From positions 42,781 through 106,780 of the IMG/VR virus record IMGVR_UViG_3300037483_001170: a DNA stretch of 64,000 nucleotides; one strand, 5' to 3'. A program made the position numbers and the translations under genes. The notes below the pieces were generated by a model. The model saw only the letters and a list, made by a program, of their open reading frames with translations, searched no databases and was not told the DNA's origin. Position 1 is the stretch's first letter. The number at the start of each line of letters is the position of its first letter. This DNA is from a virus. This document shows positions 27,075-35,986 of the stretch, one piece after another.

Positions 27075-27383
27075 CTAGAGCCAGCGGAGAATCCTCTCCG
27101 AGTGCTCCGGAAGTGTCGCCCGGACGTGCGTCGCGAAACGGCTGACCGCCGCGGCGCGGCTCGGCAGACGGTCACGCGCCGGCTTCGCCGTCATCAGCAG
27201 CGCCACCGCCAGATCGACGTCCAGCTTCTCGAAGTCGAGCGCGCGCAACGTACTGTCGACTTCCGCGAACTCGCCATCGCCCAGAGCATCGTCGAGCGCG
27301 CCCATCGCAACATCGAGACCGCGGTGGACCTCCCCGTCCGCTGCCAGGTGCTGCGCATACGCGATGTGGTCGACGAGCTTCAT
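27075..27383 (-). CDS. hypothetical protein
   Basis: ATGA-coupled to NAMPT. Confidence 0.6.
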   Translation of the reverse strand: MKLVDHIAYAQHLAADGEVHRGLDVAMGALDDALGDGEFAEVDSTLRALDFEKLDVDLAVALLMTAKPARDRLPSRAAAVSRFATHVRATLPEHSERILRWL

Positions 27384-28780
27384 CCTTCCGACGCGCGCCG
27401 CCTAACGTCCGCGAATGTCTGGCGCCGCAGCACCTCGCCGTTGCGGAAGACCGGCTCCAGCAGCGTCTGGCTCTGCGCTGTCTGACCGCGGAGTATGACG
27501 TCCTGCGGCACGGTCATGAACTCGCCTGCGTCGTTCCGCACGAGCGCCAGACGGCCGGCTTTCGACTTCTTACCCGGATCGGTGATCGGGTCCTTCAGCA
27601 CGTCGCGCCACTCGCCATTCACCTGAATCGCGGAGCACTTGATCGCGCACTTCTGCGTGTCGCGGTTCACCTTCTGAAGAAGACCGCCGCCGGAACCGAA
27701 CGCGACGTTGTCCGCGGACCACCCGTTCGCGGTCATCGCGCTGAGGATCTTGCAGATCATCTCGAAGTCGATGCCGTCGCCCTGGATCACGCGCACGTGC
27801 GGATCCAGCACCTTGAAGCCCTTCGCGTTCGTCGAGAAGCCGAAGCGCTCGCCCAGGATGTTCAGCACCTCGCACACGACTGCGACCGGGGGACCGCTGT
27901 CGGGGCGGATGACCAGGCAGCCGTCGCGGGCGAGGACGCGGTCACGCAGCTGCGTGCCCCACAGGTCGCGGCACGCTGCGTAGATGTCGTAGCTGTCTGA
28001 CACGCACGCGACGAGACCGGTCGGGAACTGATCGAGCAGGTTCCGATACGCGTCGACCTCGTGCTCGCGACCCCAGGACGTGATCGTGCTGTGCTCGCTC
28101 GCCGGAATCGAGTGGCCACCCATGGGCTCCTCGTAGTAGTCAGCGAGCAGATCCAGCGCAGGCGTCGTATCGGTGCCCCTGAAGCTGGTCATGTGAGCCG
28201 CGCCTCCGATAGCGGCCGACTCCACCGACGTGCTCCCACGGAAGCCGAAGTCATGGACCTTGTAGTCGATCAGCCCAGGGTCTCCCGTACGTTCTAGCGC
28301 GCCCAGCACGAGCTTGTGCATCGCGCGGCTCTGCGATGCGACCGTCATCGGGTACCACACCATGCTCTTGAGTGTTTCGAGCCAGTTCGACAGCCACGGC
28401 ACATGCGGATCTGTGTTGCAGATGGTCATCATCACGTTGCGCGTCGGAACGACCGTACCTTCAGGCACGGCGCAGATCTCGACCGGCAGTCGACCACCGT
28501 GCTTCTCGATGATGTACCTCCAACCGTCCACATTGAAGATCCTGTCAGTTCCGAGATGCGCTGCCCAGAACCGCTCCGCCCTTTGCAGGTCAGCTGGCGT
28601 AACAACGACGCCCTCAAAGTACTCCATCAGGTAGTACTGAAGTCCGAAGAAGACGGTCTCCGGGAACACGCCGCCACGGCTCTCGAAGAACGAGTAGACA
28701 TGCTCCGCACCAGGCGGGAGCTGACGATGATGGCTCGCCTTGTACGAGTCGGTGGCCGTCAGGAGATTCAACCGTTTCAT
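27380..28780 (-). CDS. nadV: nicotinamide phosphoribosyltransferase (NAMPT)
   Basis: TDSYKASH, HDFGFRG, F.GTDT, PASEHS, SDSYD, IRPDSG, IQGDG, FGSGGGLLQKVNRDT, DPGKKSK. Confidence 0.95.
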   Translation of the reverse strand: MKRLNLLTATDSYKASHHRQLPPGAEHVYSFFESRGGVFPETVFFGLQYYLMEYFEGVVVTPADLQRAERFWAAHLGTDRIFNVDGWRYIIEKHGGRLPVEICAVPEGTVVPTRNVMMTICNTDPHVPWLSNWLETLKSMVWYPMTVASQSRAMHKLVLGALERTGDPGLIDYKVHDFGFRGSTSVESAAIGGAAHMTSFRGTDTTPALDLLADYYEEPMGGHSIPASEHSTITSWGREHEVDAYRNLLDQFPTGLVACVSDSYDIYAACRDLWGTQLRDRVLARDGCLVIRPDSGPPVAVVCEVLNILGERFGFSTNAKGFKVLDPHVRVIQGDGIDFEMICKILSAMTANGWSADNVAFGSGGGLLQKVNRDTQKCAIKCSAIQVNGEWRDVLKDPITDPGKKSKAGRLALVRNDAGEFMTVPQDVILRGQTAQSQTLLEPVFRNGEVLRRQTFADVRRRASEG

Positions 28781-28946
28781 GCTCATCCTCCATTCAACCA
28801 TTCAACCATCTAGCTGTCGTAGGCCGACTGACCTGAGGGCACTGCCGAAGTCCGTCGCAACGACGAAGTGTCGACGTGAACACCTCGTCGTCCGCCAGCC
28901 TCCACTGTCGCCAGCAGCTCTTCCAGCTCAGCTCGTGCAGCAATGC

Positions 28947-29804
28947 TCACGGTAGAATCAACCCGTCTAGCAGCGCCTGCGGCAGATCGTTCTTCCAGCG
29001 TTCCGGCGCGAGCGCACCGAGGCCGAGCGCCAGAGCTGCTAGCGTGTCGACGTCTCCGCCGAGCGCCACACAGCCGATCAAGAGCTTGTGCAGCGAGTCG
29101 TGACGCAAGAGCATTCCGAGCGCAGCCTGCACAATGTCCTTGCCGCGCGTAGTGCCACGGGCCCACTGGGACGGAGACCACGCGTCCGGCGCTGGCCAGT
29201 CGACTATCCTGGTCGCGGTCGCCATGCACTCATCCGTCTTACCTGCGCCGTCGTTCAGGTCCCACGAAAGTCCTGCCACAACGATCGCGGCATCAATCGA
29301 ATCCGGATGGTGATGCGTTACCCGCGCCTGTTCTGTCGCGAGGGCCTCGACCAGTCCGGGGCCATACCCGCGGGCTTTTGCGAGCGTTCCACAGGGGAGA
29401 GCCCTCATGGCGGCGCCACACGTGTCGACCAGCCGCTCGCCGGCAACGACCACATCACGGCCAGCCGCGATCAGTGCTCGGCCGGGCTCAGGCTGCCGCA
29501 GCGACCACTCCAGCCGTTCCCTCATTCGGCTTCCATAACCGGGCGCCGGATTCGCCCGATACGCCTCGCAGAACTCATCGGCAAACCCGATGCGAAAACT
29601 GGCATGCTTCACGATGCTCGACGCGACGGCCAGCGTCATCTGCGTGTCGTCGGTGGTCATGCCCGGACAGTGGGCCTTGTCGAGCCCGTGCTGCCGGTAC
29701 GTCAGGCCGTCGTTGAACTCCTCGACGTACTCAGGCGGCTTCATCTCGAAGCCACTTCCATAAGCATCCCCAACCATGAAACACTCCAACCACGGCTCGC
29801 TCAC
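28947..29804 (-). CDS. ADP-ribosylglycohydrolase (DraG/ARH family)
   Basis: VGDAYG..FE, TDDTQMT, GAAMR, THHHP, GGDVDT; GGAGG SD. Confidence 0.9.
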   Translation of the reverse strand: MSEPWLECFMVGDAYGSGFEMKPPEYVEEFNDGLTYRQHGLDKAHCPGMTTDDTQMTLAVASSIVKHASFRIGFADEFCEAYRANPAPGYGSRMRERLEWSLRQPEPGRALIAAGRDVVVAGERLVDTCGAAMRALPCGTLAKARGYGPGLVEALATEQARVTHHHPDSIDAAIVVAGLSWDLNDGAGKTDECMATATRIVDWPAPDAWSPSQWARGTTRGKDIVQAALGMLLRHDSLHKLLIGCVALGGDVDTLAALALGLGALAPERWKNDLPQALLDGLILP

Positions 29805-29841
29805 GGTTCCTCCACTGTCCACGCACACGAAGGCTTCGTCG

Positions 29842-30501
29842 ATGAAAACGTTCGATCCTCAAGACATTGTCGGCTCTCAGTGCAACGCTCTCAGGATCCT
29901 CGCGTTGTCCAAGAAAGTGCCTAGGGCCAACCATCCTGGCGACTACATCTACTTCTATTCATGCCTCTGCGAATGCGGCGTAACCGTCGAAAAGCGCCGA
30001 GGCAACTTGGTTACGCACCACGTTTACTCCTGTGGCTGTAGACGTCGCCGTAGCGGCAACAAAAGTCCGTGTTGGACCGGCCACGGCGAGATCAGTCGAC
30101 GCTTGTGGACACACATCGAACGCCACGCAAAGGATCGTGGCCTCGCGTTCTCGGTATCTATTGAAGACGCCTGGGCCAAGTTCGAGCAGCAAGGCAGAAG
30201 GTGTGCGCTTAGCGGCGTCGCTCTGAGCATGACACTCCACAAGGCCGCGTATGCCATGCGAACCGCGTCCCTTGATCGCATTGACAACGCCAAGGGATAC
30301 ACGACCGGTAACATTCAATGGCTGCATAAGGATGTGAACCGGATGAAGGGCGCGTTTTCTACGGACCGATTTATCGAACTCTGTGTATCCGTTGCGATTC
30401 ACCCTCCTCAGGCGTTCACGGTGCCCGACGCAAACGTCGCCGCCGATGAGAGCGTAACCGGTCGCATCACCACCACCGCTCGCGCGCGGCATGCACGCTG
30501 A
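29842..30501 (+). CDS. HNH-type homing endonuclease
   Basis: CLCECG N-terminal domain; CALSG..SLDRIDNAKGY..GNIQW..VN.MKG. Confidence 0.8.
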   Translation: MKTFDPQDIVGSQCNALRILALSKKVPRANHPGDYIYFYSCLCECGVTVEKRRGNLVTHHVYSCGCRRRRSGNKSPCWTGHGEISRRLWTHIERHAKDRGLAFSVSIEDAWAKFEQQGRRCALSGVALSMTLHKAAYAMRTASLDRIDNAKGYTTGNIQWLHKDVNRMKGAFSTDRFIELCVSVAIHPPQAFTVPDANVAADESVTGRITTTARARHAR

Positions 30502-31381
30502 GCATCTTCACGAGCGGTCGGTGCTCCTCGACCAACTTTCCCTCGATGTCCGGGATCGAATGCCATGTCAGCGCGCCGTCCATGTCGTCCGACGCCTTTG
30601 GCGCGCCGAAGACGTGGGTCGCAGCGAACAGCGTCGTCATGATCGTGTCGCGCGTGTTCCGGTACCGCCAGTCGTCGACCTTCGTGGATCCGACGTACCG
30701 AAAGTCCGCCAGCTCCAGGCCGCCGGTCTCTTCGAATGCCTCGCGCTTCGCGGCCATTTCGAGGCTCGCGTCCGACGGGTCGACGAAGCCGCCCACGAAG
30801 CGGAGAAGACCCTCGTCCTCCAGCTTCGCGCCGAGCAGCACCTGCGAGCGGTCACCGTTCACGATGGCGATGTCCACGGTCTGGAAGACGAGCGGCGGAC
30901 GGGTCGTCGCCGTGTACACGACGCCTGCACGGAACTCGCGCGAGAGCGCAGGATGGTCGACGGCATCCTGACGCAGCGCCGTTCCGGAGAGGTCGTGCGT
31001 CTCCGGCAGCTCGATGCACGGGTACTTGCCGCAGTAGCTTGGGATGAAGCTGGCGCGCGATCCGTAGAGCGAGAACTCCGTCTGCTTCGGGTACGCCGCT
31101 GCGATCGTCGCGTCGAGCAGCTGGCTCCAGCGCGCGTTCGAACGGCAATCCCGATGCGTCACGATCTTCGCGGCGGGGTAGTGATGAAGCACCATCTGCT
31201 CGCGGCGAGCGACGTCCAGCGGATTGTGGAACGTCGGCACGTAGGTCCGGGCCACGCCGAGCACGACGAGCACGTGCCGGTGGCGTGCGCTCACTTCATC
31301 GAGTAGCGCGCGATGACCCGCATGCAGCTCCGTGGTCTGGAACCGCGCGATGACGACGCCGACGCCGGGCTGCTGGGTCAC
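30467..31381 (-). CDS. bifunctional NMN adenylyltransferase / Nudix ADP-ribose pyrophosphatase (NadM-Nudix, NatV-like)
   Basis: ARFQ...HAGH, SGT.LR, Nudix box GGFVD...AAKREAFEETG. Confidence 0.9.
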   Translation of the reverse strand: MTQQPGVGVVIARFQTTELHAGHRALLDEVSARHRHVLVVLGVARTYVPTFHNPLDVARREQMVLHHYPAAKIVTHRDCRSNARWSQLLDATIAAAYPKQTEFSLYGSRASFIPSYCGKYPCIELPETHDLSGTALRQDAVDHPALSREFRAGVVYTATTRPPLVFQTVDIAIVNGDRSQVLLGAKLEDEGLLRFVGGFVDPSDASLEMAAKREAFEETGGLELADFRYVGSTKVDDWRYRNTRDTIMTTLFAATHVFGAPKASDDMDGALTWHSIPDIEGKLVEEHRPLVKMLSVHAARERWW

Positions 31382-31632
31382 TGACGGCCCGATCTCGCAT
31401 CATCCACCGCATGGATGATGTCGCGCACGAACTCGATGGGGTGCACGGTTCCGCAGACGGCAGGGGCATCGCCGAAGCCGAACAGGCTGAAGCCTCCGCG
31501 CGCCACGGCCGCGTACAGAGCCCGATAGACGAGAGCTTCGTCTCGCGACAGGCCCTCGAACCACCTGCGGCCCGCATCGGAGGATTCGGGCCAAATTCCC
31601 TTCGGATACTTCCGCGGGTCGAGATCGTTCAT
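31378..31632 (-). CDS. hypothetical protein
   Basis: Coupled ORF. Confidence 0.5.
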   Translation of the reverse strand: MNDLDPRKYPKGIWPESSDAGRRWFEGLSRDEALVYRALYAAVARGGFSLFGFGDAPAVCGTVHPIEFVRDIIHAVDDARSGRQ

Positions 31633-31946
31633 CAGCCGGCCAGCCTGACGCACGTCTGCTCGTAGAAGGCCCGGAACAGGTCGGACGCGGCTCCCAGCTC
31701 GGCGAGATCGGCCGGCGGCTCGTTGAGCCGGTAGATGCCGGTGCCATCGTTCGCGCGGCGACAGAAGCGCTGCTGGAGCATCACGGCCTGGTCGTGCGTG
31801 TCCGTGCTGAACGTCGGCAGGGCTCCACGCGAAAGCGGCTGGTCACGCTCCCGGATGAAGACGGCGCCATCTGCGGTCACGCCGAGAAAGAAGCGGCGAT
31901 CCAGATCTGCGCGTTGCATCGGCATGAGCACCTCCCACGAGTACAT
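31632..31946 (-). CDS. hypothetical protein
   Basis: ORF in the leftward cluster. Confidence 0.55.
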   Translation of the reverse strand: MYSWEVLMPMQRADLDRRFFLGVTADGAVFIRERDQPLSRGALPTFSTDTHDQAVMLQQRFCRRANDGTGIYRLNEPPADLAELGAASDLFRAFYEQTCVRLAG

Positions 31947-31987
31947 AGCGCTTCATTCGCTGCGCGCAACAACAAATCGCAGCATCG

Positions 31988-32224
31988 TCAGACGCGTGTC
32001 TTCTTCAGATACGCCGTCGTCTCTTCCAGGCGCATGCGCGCGGCCGCTACGCGGATCGCGCAGAAGGCCTCTGCGTCGACGTCGCCGGAGTCGCGCGCGT
32101 GATCCTCGTCTAGTGCCTCCAGCAGTTCCGTGACAGCGTCGAGCAGCTTCTGGAGACGGCGCGACTCGCTGCGTGCGTCATCCTGGGCATCGCGCAACGC
32201 CTCGTCCCGGCTGTCGCCGTTCAC
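31988..32224 (-). CDS. hypothetical protein
   Basis: GTGA coupling. Confidence 0.5.
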   Translation of the reverse strand: MNGDSRDEALRDAQDDARSESRRLQKLLDAVTELLEALDEDHARDSGDVDAEAFCAIRVAAARMRLEETTAYLKKTRV

Positions 32225-32535
32225 GTTCGCGGAGCCACCCGGACCTCGAACGTTCGCTCGCCGGTCTCAGAGTCGGCAACACGCTCGTCGCAGGTCCACG
32301 GATAGCCGATCGGCAGCGCATCGAAGCGCTCGTGGTAACGCTGCGGCGCCGCCGCAATCTGCGAGAACGGCGCGTAGCCCGCGCGCAAGTCTACCGTCGA
32401 CTGCGCCAGCCACACGCCCGAGAAACCATTCAGCGCATCCGCCTCATCGGTGCCCTGGGCAACGACGTCAACGTCGAGACAGGTGGCAACCCATGCACAC
32501 GTGTCGTACATCATCAGAATCCGCAGTGACTTCAC
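32221..32535 (-). CDS. hypothetical protein, HicB-like N-terminus
   Basis: WVATCLDVDVVAQGTD..DAL; GGAGG SD. Confidence 0.55.
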   Translation of the reverse strand: MKSLRILMMYDTCAWVATCLDVDVVAQGTDEADALNGFSGVWLAQSTVDLRAGYAPFSQIAAAPQRYHERFDALPIGYPWTCDERVADSETGERTFEVRVAPRT

Positions 32536-32546
32536 GGGGCCTCCTG

Positions 32547-33410
32547 TTACTTCACGTCGATGCGGCGAACGTGTGTCCTGAACAACTCGCCTGCGCGCTT
32601 GCCGATCGCCTGGCGAGCCTCCTTGGTGTCGACGAACTCGCCCGCACCTTCGCGTAGGACATCCTCGGTCATCGCACGAATCACGTCGCCGGTCTTCTCG
32701 ATGCCGATGCCCTGCGGCAGCTTGTCGAGTACGTGCTGGAGCCTCGTCGAGGTGCACCACTCGGTCGCGATCGCCGACGCATTCGTCAGCACTTCGAGCT
32801 GGCTGGGATCGACGACCTTGCGCGGCGTCGCCGTCTCGCGTTCGTCGTCACGCTTGTGCTTGGCCACGATGCGATCGGTGCCGTATCGAAGCTCTACGAG
32901 CGGCCGCAGTACCACGCCCTCTCGTGGCTTGTCCCCCTCGACGCCGTTGCGCTTCGCTTGTTCAGACGGTGCGTCGCGCTCTGCATCAAGCACGGCGAGG
33001 TCGGTCGAACACCGAACGTAGTGCACGAACTCCAGGCCGAGCTTGCCAGCCACGTCCGCCGCCTCGGGAACAGAAAGCCAGACGTCGCCGATCTGCACCT
33101 CGAACGCCGCGAACTTCAGCGTCGGTCCGTAGCGCCACGCCTGCTTCTGGCAGCTACCACCGTACGCCTCGCCGTAGACGACCAGGGCCTGATGACCGAA
33201 CCTCTCGAACACGGCCGTGAGCGCCGGCTCGTCGAAGAGCGCCGCGAATCTGACCTGCGACTCTCCGCCCGGCGAGAACCACACCTTGCCCTGACGCCAC
33301 GACACGTGAGTTGACGTGCCGTGGAGCTTCTCCATGGCGTAGCACTCCCGGAACAGCAGGATCGTCTGCCCCTCCGGGCGGTACAGGTTTGCGATCGACG
33401 CGTATGACAT
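32547..33410 (-). CDS. RNA ligase, Rnl2 family
   Basis: Motif I EKLHGT, YGEAYG, FAAFEV, REGVVLRP, AKHK. Confidence 0.88.
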   Translation of the reverse strand: MSYASIANLYRPEGQTILLFRECYAMEKLHGTSTHVSWRQGKVWFSPGGESQVRFAALFDEPALTAVFERFGHQALVVYGEAYGGSCQKQAWRYGPTLKFAAFEVQIGDVWLSVPEAADVAGKLGLEFVHYVRCSTDLAVLDAERDAPSEQAKRNGVEGDKPREGVVLRPLVELRYGTDRIVAKHKRDDERETATPRKVVDPSQLEVLTNASAIATEWCTSTRLQHVLDKLPQGIGIEKTGDVIRAMTEDVLREGAGEFVDTKEARQAIGKRAGELFRTHVRRIDVK

Positions 33411-33413
33411 GAG

Positions 33414-33665
33414 CTACGCCTTTCCCGGCTTGTTGGCTGAATGATTCGGCTGGCCATGTGGCGCCACGACGTCGAGCTTCAGACGCGCGAGCGTCTCTTC
33501 GAGAGAAGCGATCATGTCTTCGCGCGTCGCTGTCGACATGTACGTCATGAAGCCCTTGTCGCCGTAGTCGAACAAGAACAGCGTGTAGCCCATGCTCGGC
33601 GGCAACATGCCCTTGAGCGCACGACCCAGCTCGCGCAACTTTGCTTCCAGGTCCAGCAGCGCCAT
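33414..33665 (-). CDS. hypothetical phage protein
   Basis: YTLFLFD..YMSTATREDM motif. Confidence 0.6.
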   Translation of the reverse strand: MALLDLEAKLRELGRALKGMLPPSMGYTLFLFDYGDKGFMTYMSTATREDMIASLEETLARLKLDVVAPHGQPNHSANKPGKA

Positions 33666-33666
33666 T

Positions 33667-34104
33667 TCAGACCCCCGCTCGTGACAGCCAGGACCGTAGC
33701 GTCGCGGCAATCTCGTCCCGATCTCCGTACCACGCCTGACGCGAGACTTCCGTGTACCCGCGCTCGCCCAGCAGCCGCTCCATGCGCGGCGACTCGACGT
33801 CGTTCGACGACCAGATCAACACGGGCGCGGTCAACACGAGCATCTGCTCGACCGCGTCGATCCCGTCGAGTCCGTCCGGATCCTGAAGGCTCACGGGCAT
33901 CGAGTAGCCGCCCAAGTCGTGGTCGAGCACGATGGCCTTCACGTCCGACGACACATGCCTCTGGCAGAGCAAGAGAAACTCACACACCAGCGGCGTCGAG
34001 TGCAACGTGCAGCCGTACGAGTCGCAGATCCCTCGCAGCCACCGGATACGAGACTCGGTGTCCTCCAGGCAGAGCACCACCTTCTTGTTCAGCTCGGTCT
34101 TCAT
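33667..34104 (-). CDS. cyclic-phosphate-processing receiver-like (cREC) domain protein
   Basis: CLED..R, LDHDLGG, G.D, IWSSN. Confidence 0.7.
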   Translation of the reverse strand: MKTELNKKVVLCLEDTESRIRWLRGICDSYGCTLHSTPLVCEFLLLCQRHVSSDVKAIVLDHDLGGYSMPVSLQDPDGLDGIDAVEQMLVLTAPVLIWSSNDVESPRMERLLGERGYTEVSRQAWYGDRDEIAATLRSWLSRAGV

Positions 34105-34120
34105 GGTCGCAACTCCTGAG

Positions 34121-34507
34121 TCAGTTCACGTACCGCGGAAACACAAAGCCCTTGCTCAACAACCCGGTTGCAAGCCCAGCCGCGCTCGTGCGCTTCAGAA
34201 AGCGCGCCTCGTACATGCGCTGCGCTTCCGAGTCCAAGAACTCACGAGTGTTCCACTTCTCGCAGAACACGTGCCAGGTCCGCAATGCCTCTTCAGGACT
34301 GAGCTTTCCGAGCGGCCCGATGTCTATCGAAAACTCCTTGCCCTGCGTCTTCAGCACAACGAATAGCCATGGGCCGCTCGTCGGAGCCTCGCCGTTCCCG
34401 GCGACGTGCACGAAGATGTCTTCGCTGGCGAACCCAAGCCGTCGCAGCGCCTCGTGCACAGCCCATGTATCTACGAGCACCTGCGGGTAGTCTTGCATTC
34501 GCTTCAT
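34121..34507 (-). CDS. hypothetical protein
   Basis: ATGA coupling. Confidence 0.6.
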   Translation of the reverse strand: MKRMQDYPQVLVDTWAVHEALRRLGFASEDIFVHVAGNGEAPTSGPWLFVVLKTQGKEFSIDIGPLGKLSPEEALRTWHVFCEKWNTREFLDSEAQRMYEARFLKRTSAAGLATGLLSKGFVFPRYVN

Positions 34508-34718
34508 CCGCAGCACTCCTGGCACATGCACGTCGGCGCGTGCGTCTCCCACAGAACACGCCGCTTCATGCGGTGAAGTTGCGCTCGACACCGCTCGTTG
34601 CAGAACAACAGACCGTCTTTCTCCGTGTATGCTTCCGCAAACAACAAGTCACCGCAGACCTCGCACGGATCCGCCAGAAACGCGAACGCGTTCGCGCGGC
34701 GACGGACCCGGTCGCCCA

Positions 34719-35159
34719 CTAGCGCTTCCTCAGCAGCCAGTCGACGAACGTCTGGTTGCCCAAGGAGTTGGCGCGGCGCTCTCGAATCCTTTCGATGACG
34801 GCGTGGGCCGGAAGGCCTGACTGGATGAGGTACTCGGCGACGACGGTTGCCGACCGATTCCTGCCGGCCGCACACGTCACGAGGACGCTGTGCCCGCACT
34901 GCCGCGCTTGCGCGACGAGCTTTACCGCACGCAAGATCTCTGGCACCTGCGGCTCGATGTCGCCATTGTCGTTGTCATCCAGTCGGGCGTGCTCCACGCG
35001 GCGCCCTTGCACGACATCGCCCGCCGACACCAGCTCCCAAGCCACGTTCATCACGAACCCGAATTCCTGAAGCGGCTCGCCATACGCGAGCAAGCCGCCG
35101 ACGGCGATCTCGTCGCTCACGAACGAGTACGGGGCAAATGGCATGAGCAGGCGCTTCAC
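34719..35159 (-). CDS. dual-specificity / tyrosine phosphatase family protein
   Basis: Cx5R loop VLVTCAAGRNRSAT; LDD acid loop. Confidence 0.85.
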   Translation of the reverse strand: MKRLLMPFAPYSFVSDEIAVGGLLAYGEPLQEFGFVMNVAWELVSAGDVVQGRRVEHARLDDNDNGDIEPQVPEILRAVKLVAQARQCGHSVLVTCAAGRNRSATVVAEYLIQSGLPAHAVIERIRERRANSLGNQTFVDWLLRKR

Positions 35160-35986
35160 GGGGCACCCCATCGCCGCGGCTTGTACCCTGTATCATCCAG
35201 AAGCGGCTCATCCGCTTCCAACGTCTCCGCAATCTCCAGCGCCAGCTCCGACGTGTCGAGCGCCGCCTGATGTGCGCGCTTGATGTCGCCGACCGTCAAC
35301 GCGGACGTCACGTCGTACGCGGCGCGCACGAGCGCCCAGGCCGTCCCAGCCACGGTACGCGCCGGTGCGACCGGCACGACTACCTTGGCAGGCGCCGTCG
35401 GCAAAACGATGCTTGCGAGCTGCGACGCCAGCGTCACCTTCAACGGCGGGTGACGACGGCTCGGCGGCACACGACGCTCGCGAATCTGCTCCAGAGTGAG
35501 ATCTTCATTCGCGCGCGCGCCGTTACACGGCGCACACATCGTTCGCATGTTTTCGAGCGTGCCCGGACCGCTCAAGCTCTTCGGACGGATGTGGTCTTTC
35601 GTCATCAAGACCAGAACACCGTCTTCCTCCGCGTAGAGATTGAAGTGTGCCGCATGCGCTGCCTTCTCGTCCGCTGGCGCGTCCAAGATCAGCCTGGTTC
35701 CTTCCAGGCCGCAGGCGACGCAGGCCCGGTTCTGCTTGAAGAGCCGATACCTCACGCTGCCCAGCTTCACCGAGTACACCCGACCGGCCACCGTGTAGTC
35801 CCGGCGCGGCTCGACGCGTCGTAGCTCGGGGGACTCCCGCCACTCGACCTCGTCAACGACAAACGGTAAGACGGCGTCAAGCGCGAACTCCGCCAGATGC
35901 GTCACGCCCGAAACGTGAACGCGGCCAGTCAGAGCGCTAGACGCGTCTGTGGCGGCGGCGCGACATTCGACAGCGCTGTCAGACAT
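35156..35986 (-). CDS. HNH endonuclease
   Basis: CVACG..TKDHIRPKS..G..EN...CAPCN; true start may lie further downstream. Confidence 0.8.
   Translation of the reverse strand: MSDSAVECRAAATDASSALTGRVHVSGVTHLAEFALDAVLPFVVDEVEWRESPELRRVEPRRDYTVAGRVYSVKLGSVRYRLFKQNRACVACGLEGTRLILDAPADEKAAHAAHFNLYAEEDGVLVLMTKDHIRPKSLSGPGTLENMRTMCAPCNGARANEDLTLEQIRERRVPPSRRHPPLKVTLASQLASIVLPTAPAKVVVPVAPARTVAGTAWALVRAAYDVTSALTVGDIKRAHQAALDTSELALEIAETLEADEPLLDDTGYKPRRWGAP

Noticed and set aside
28790-28809. Short tandem repeat ATGGTTGA-ATGGTTGA-ATGG upstream of nadV
   Set aside because: Only about 2.5 units at one site; no supportable function.
33667-34104. Two-component response regulator
   Set aside because: The LDHDLG signature, lack of an output domain or kinase, and linkage to an RNA ligase favour the cREC clade.
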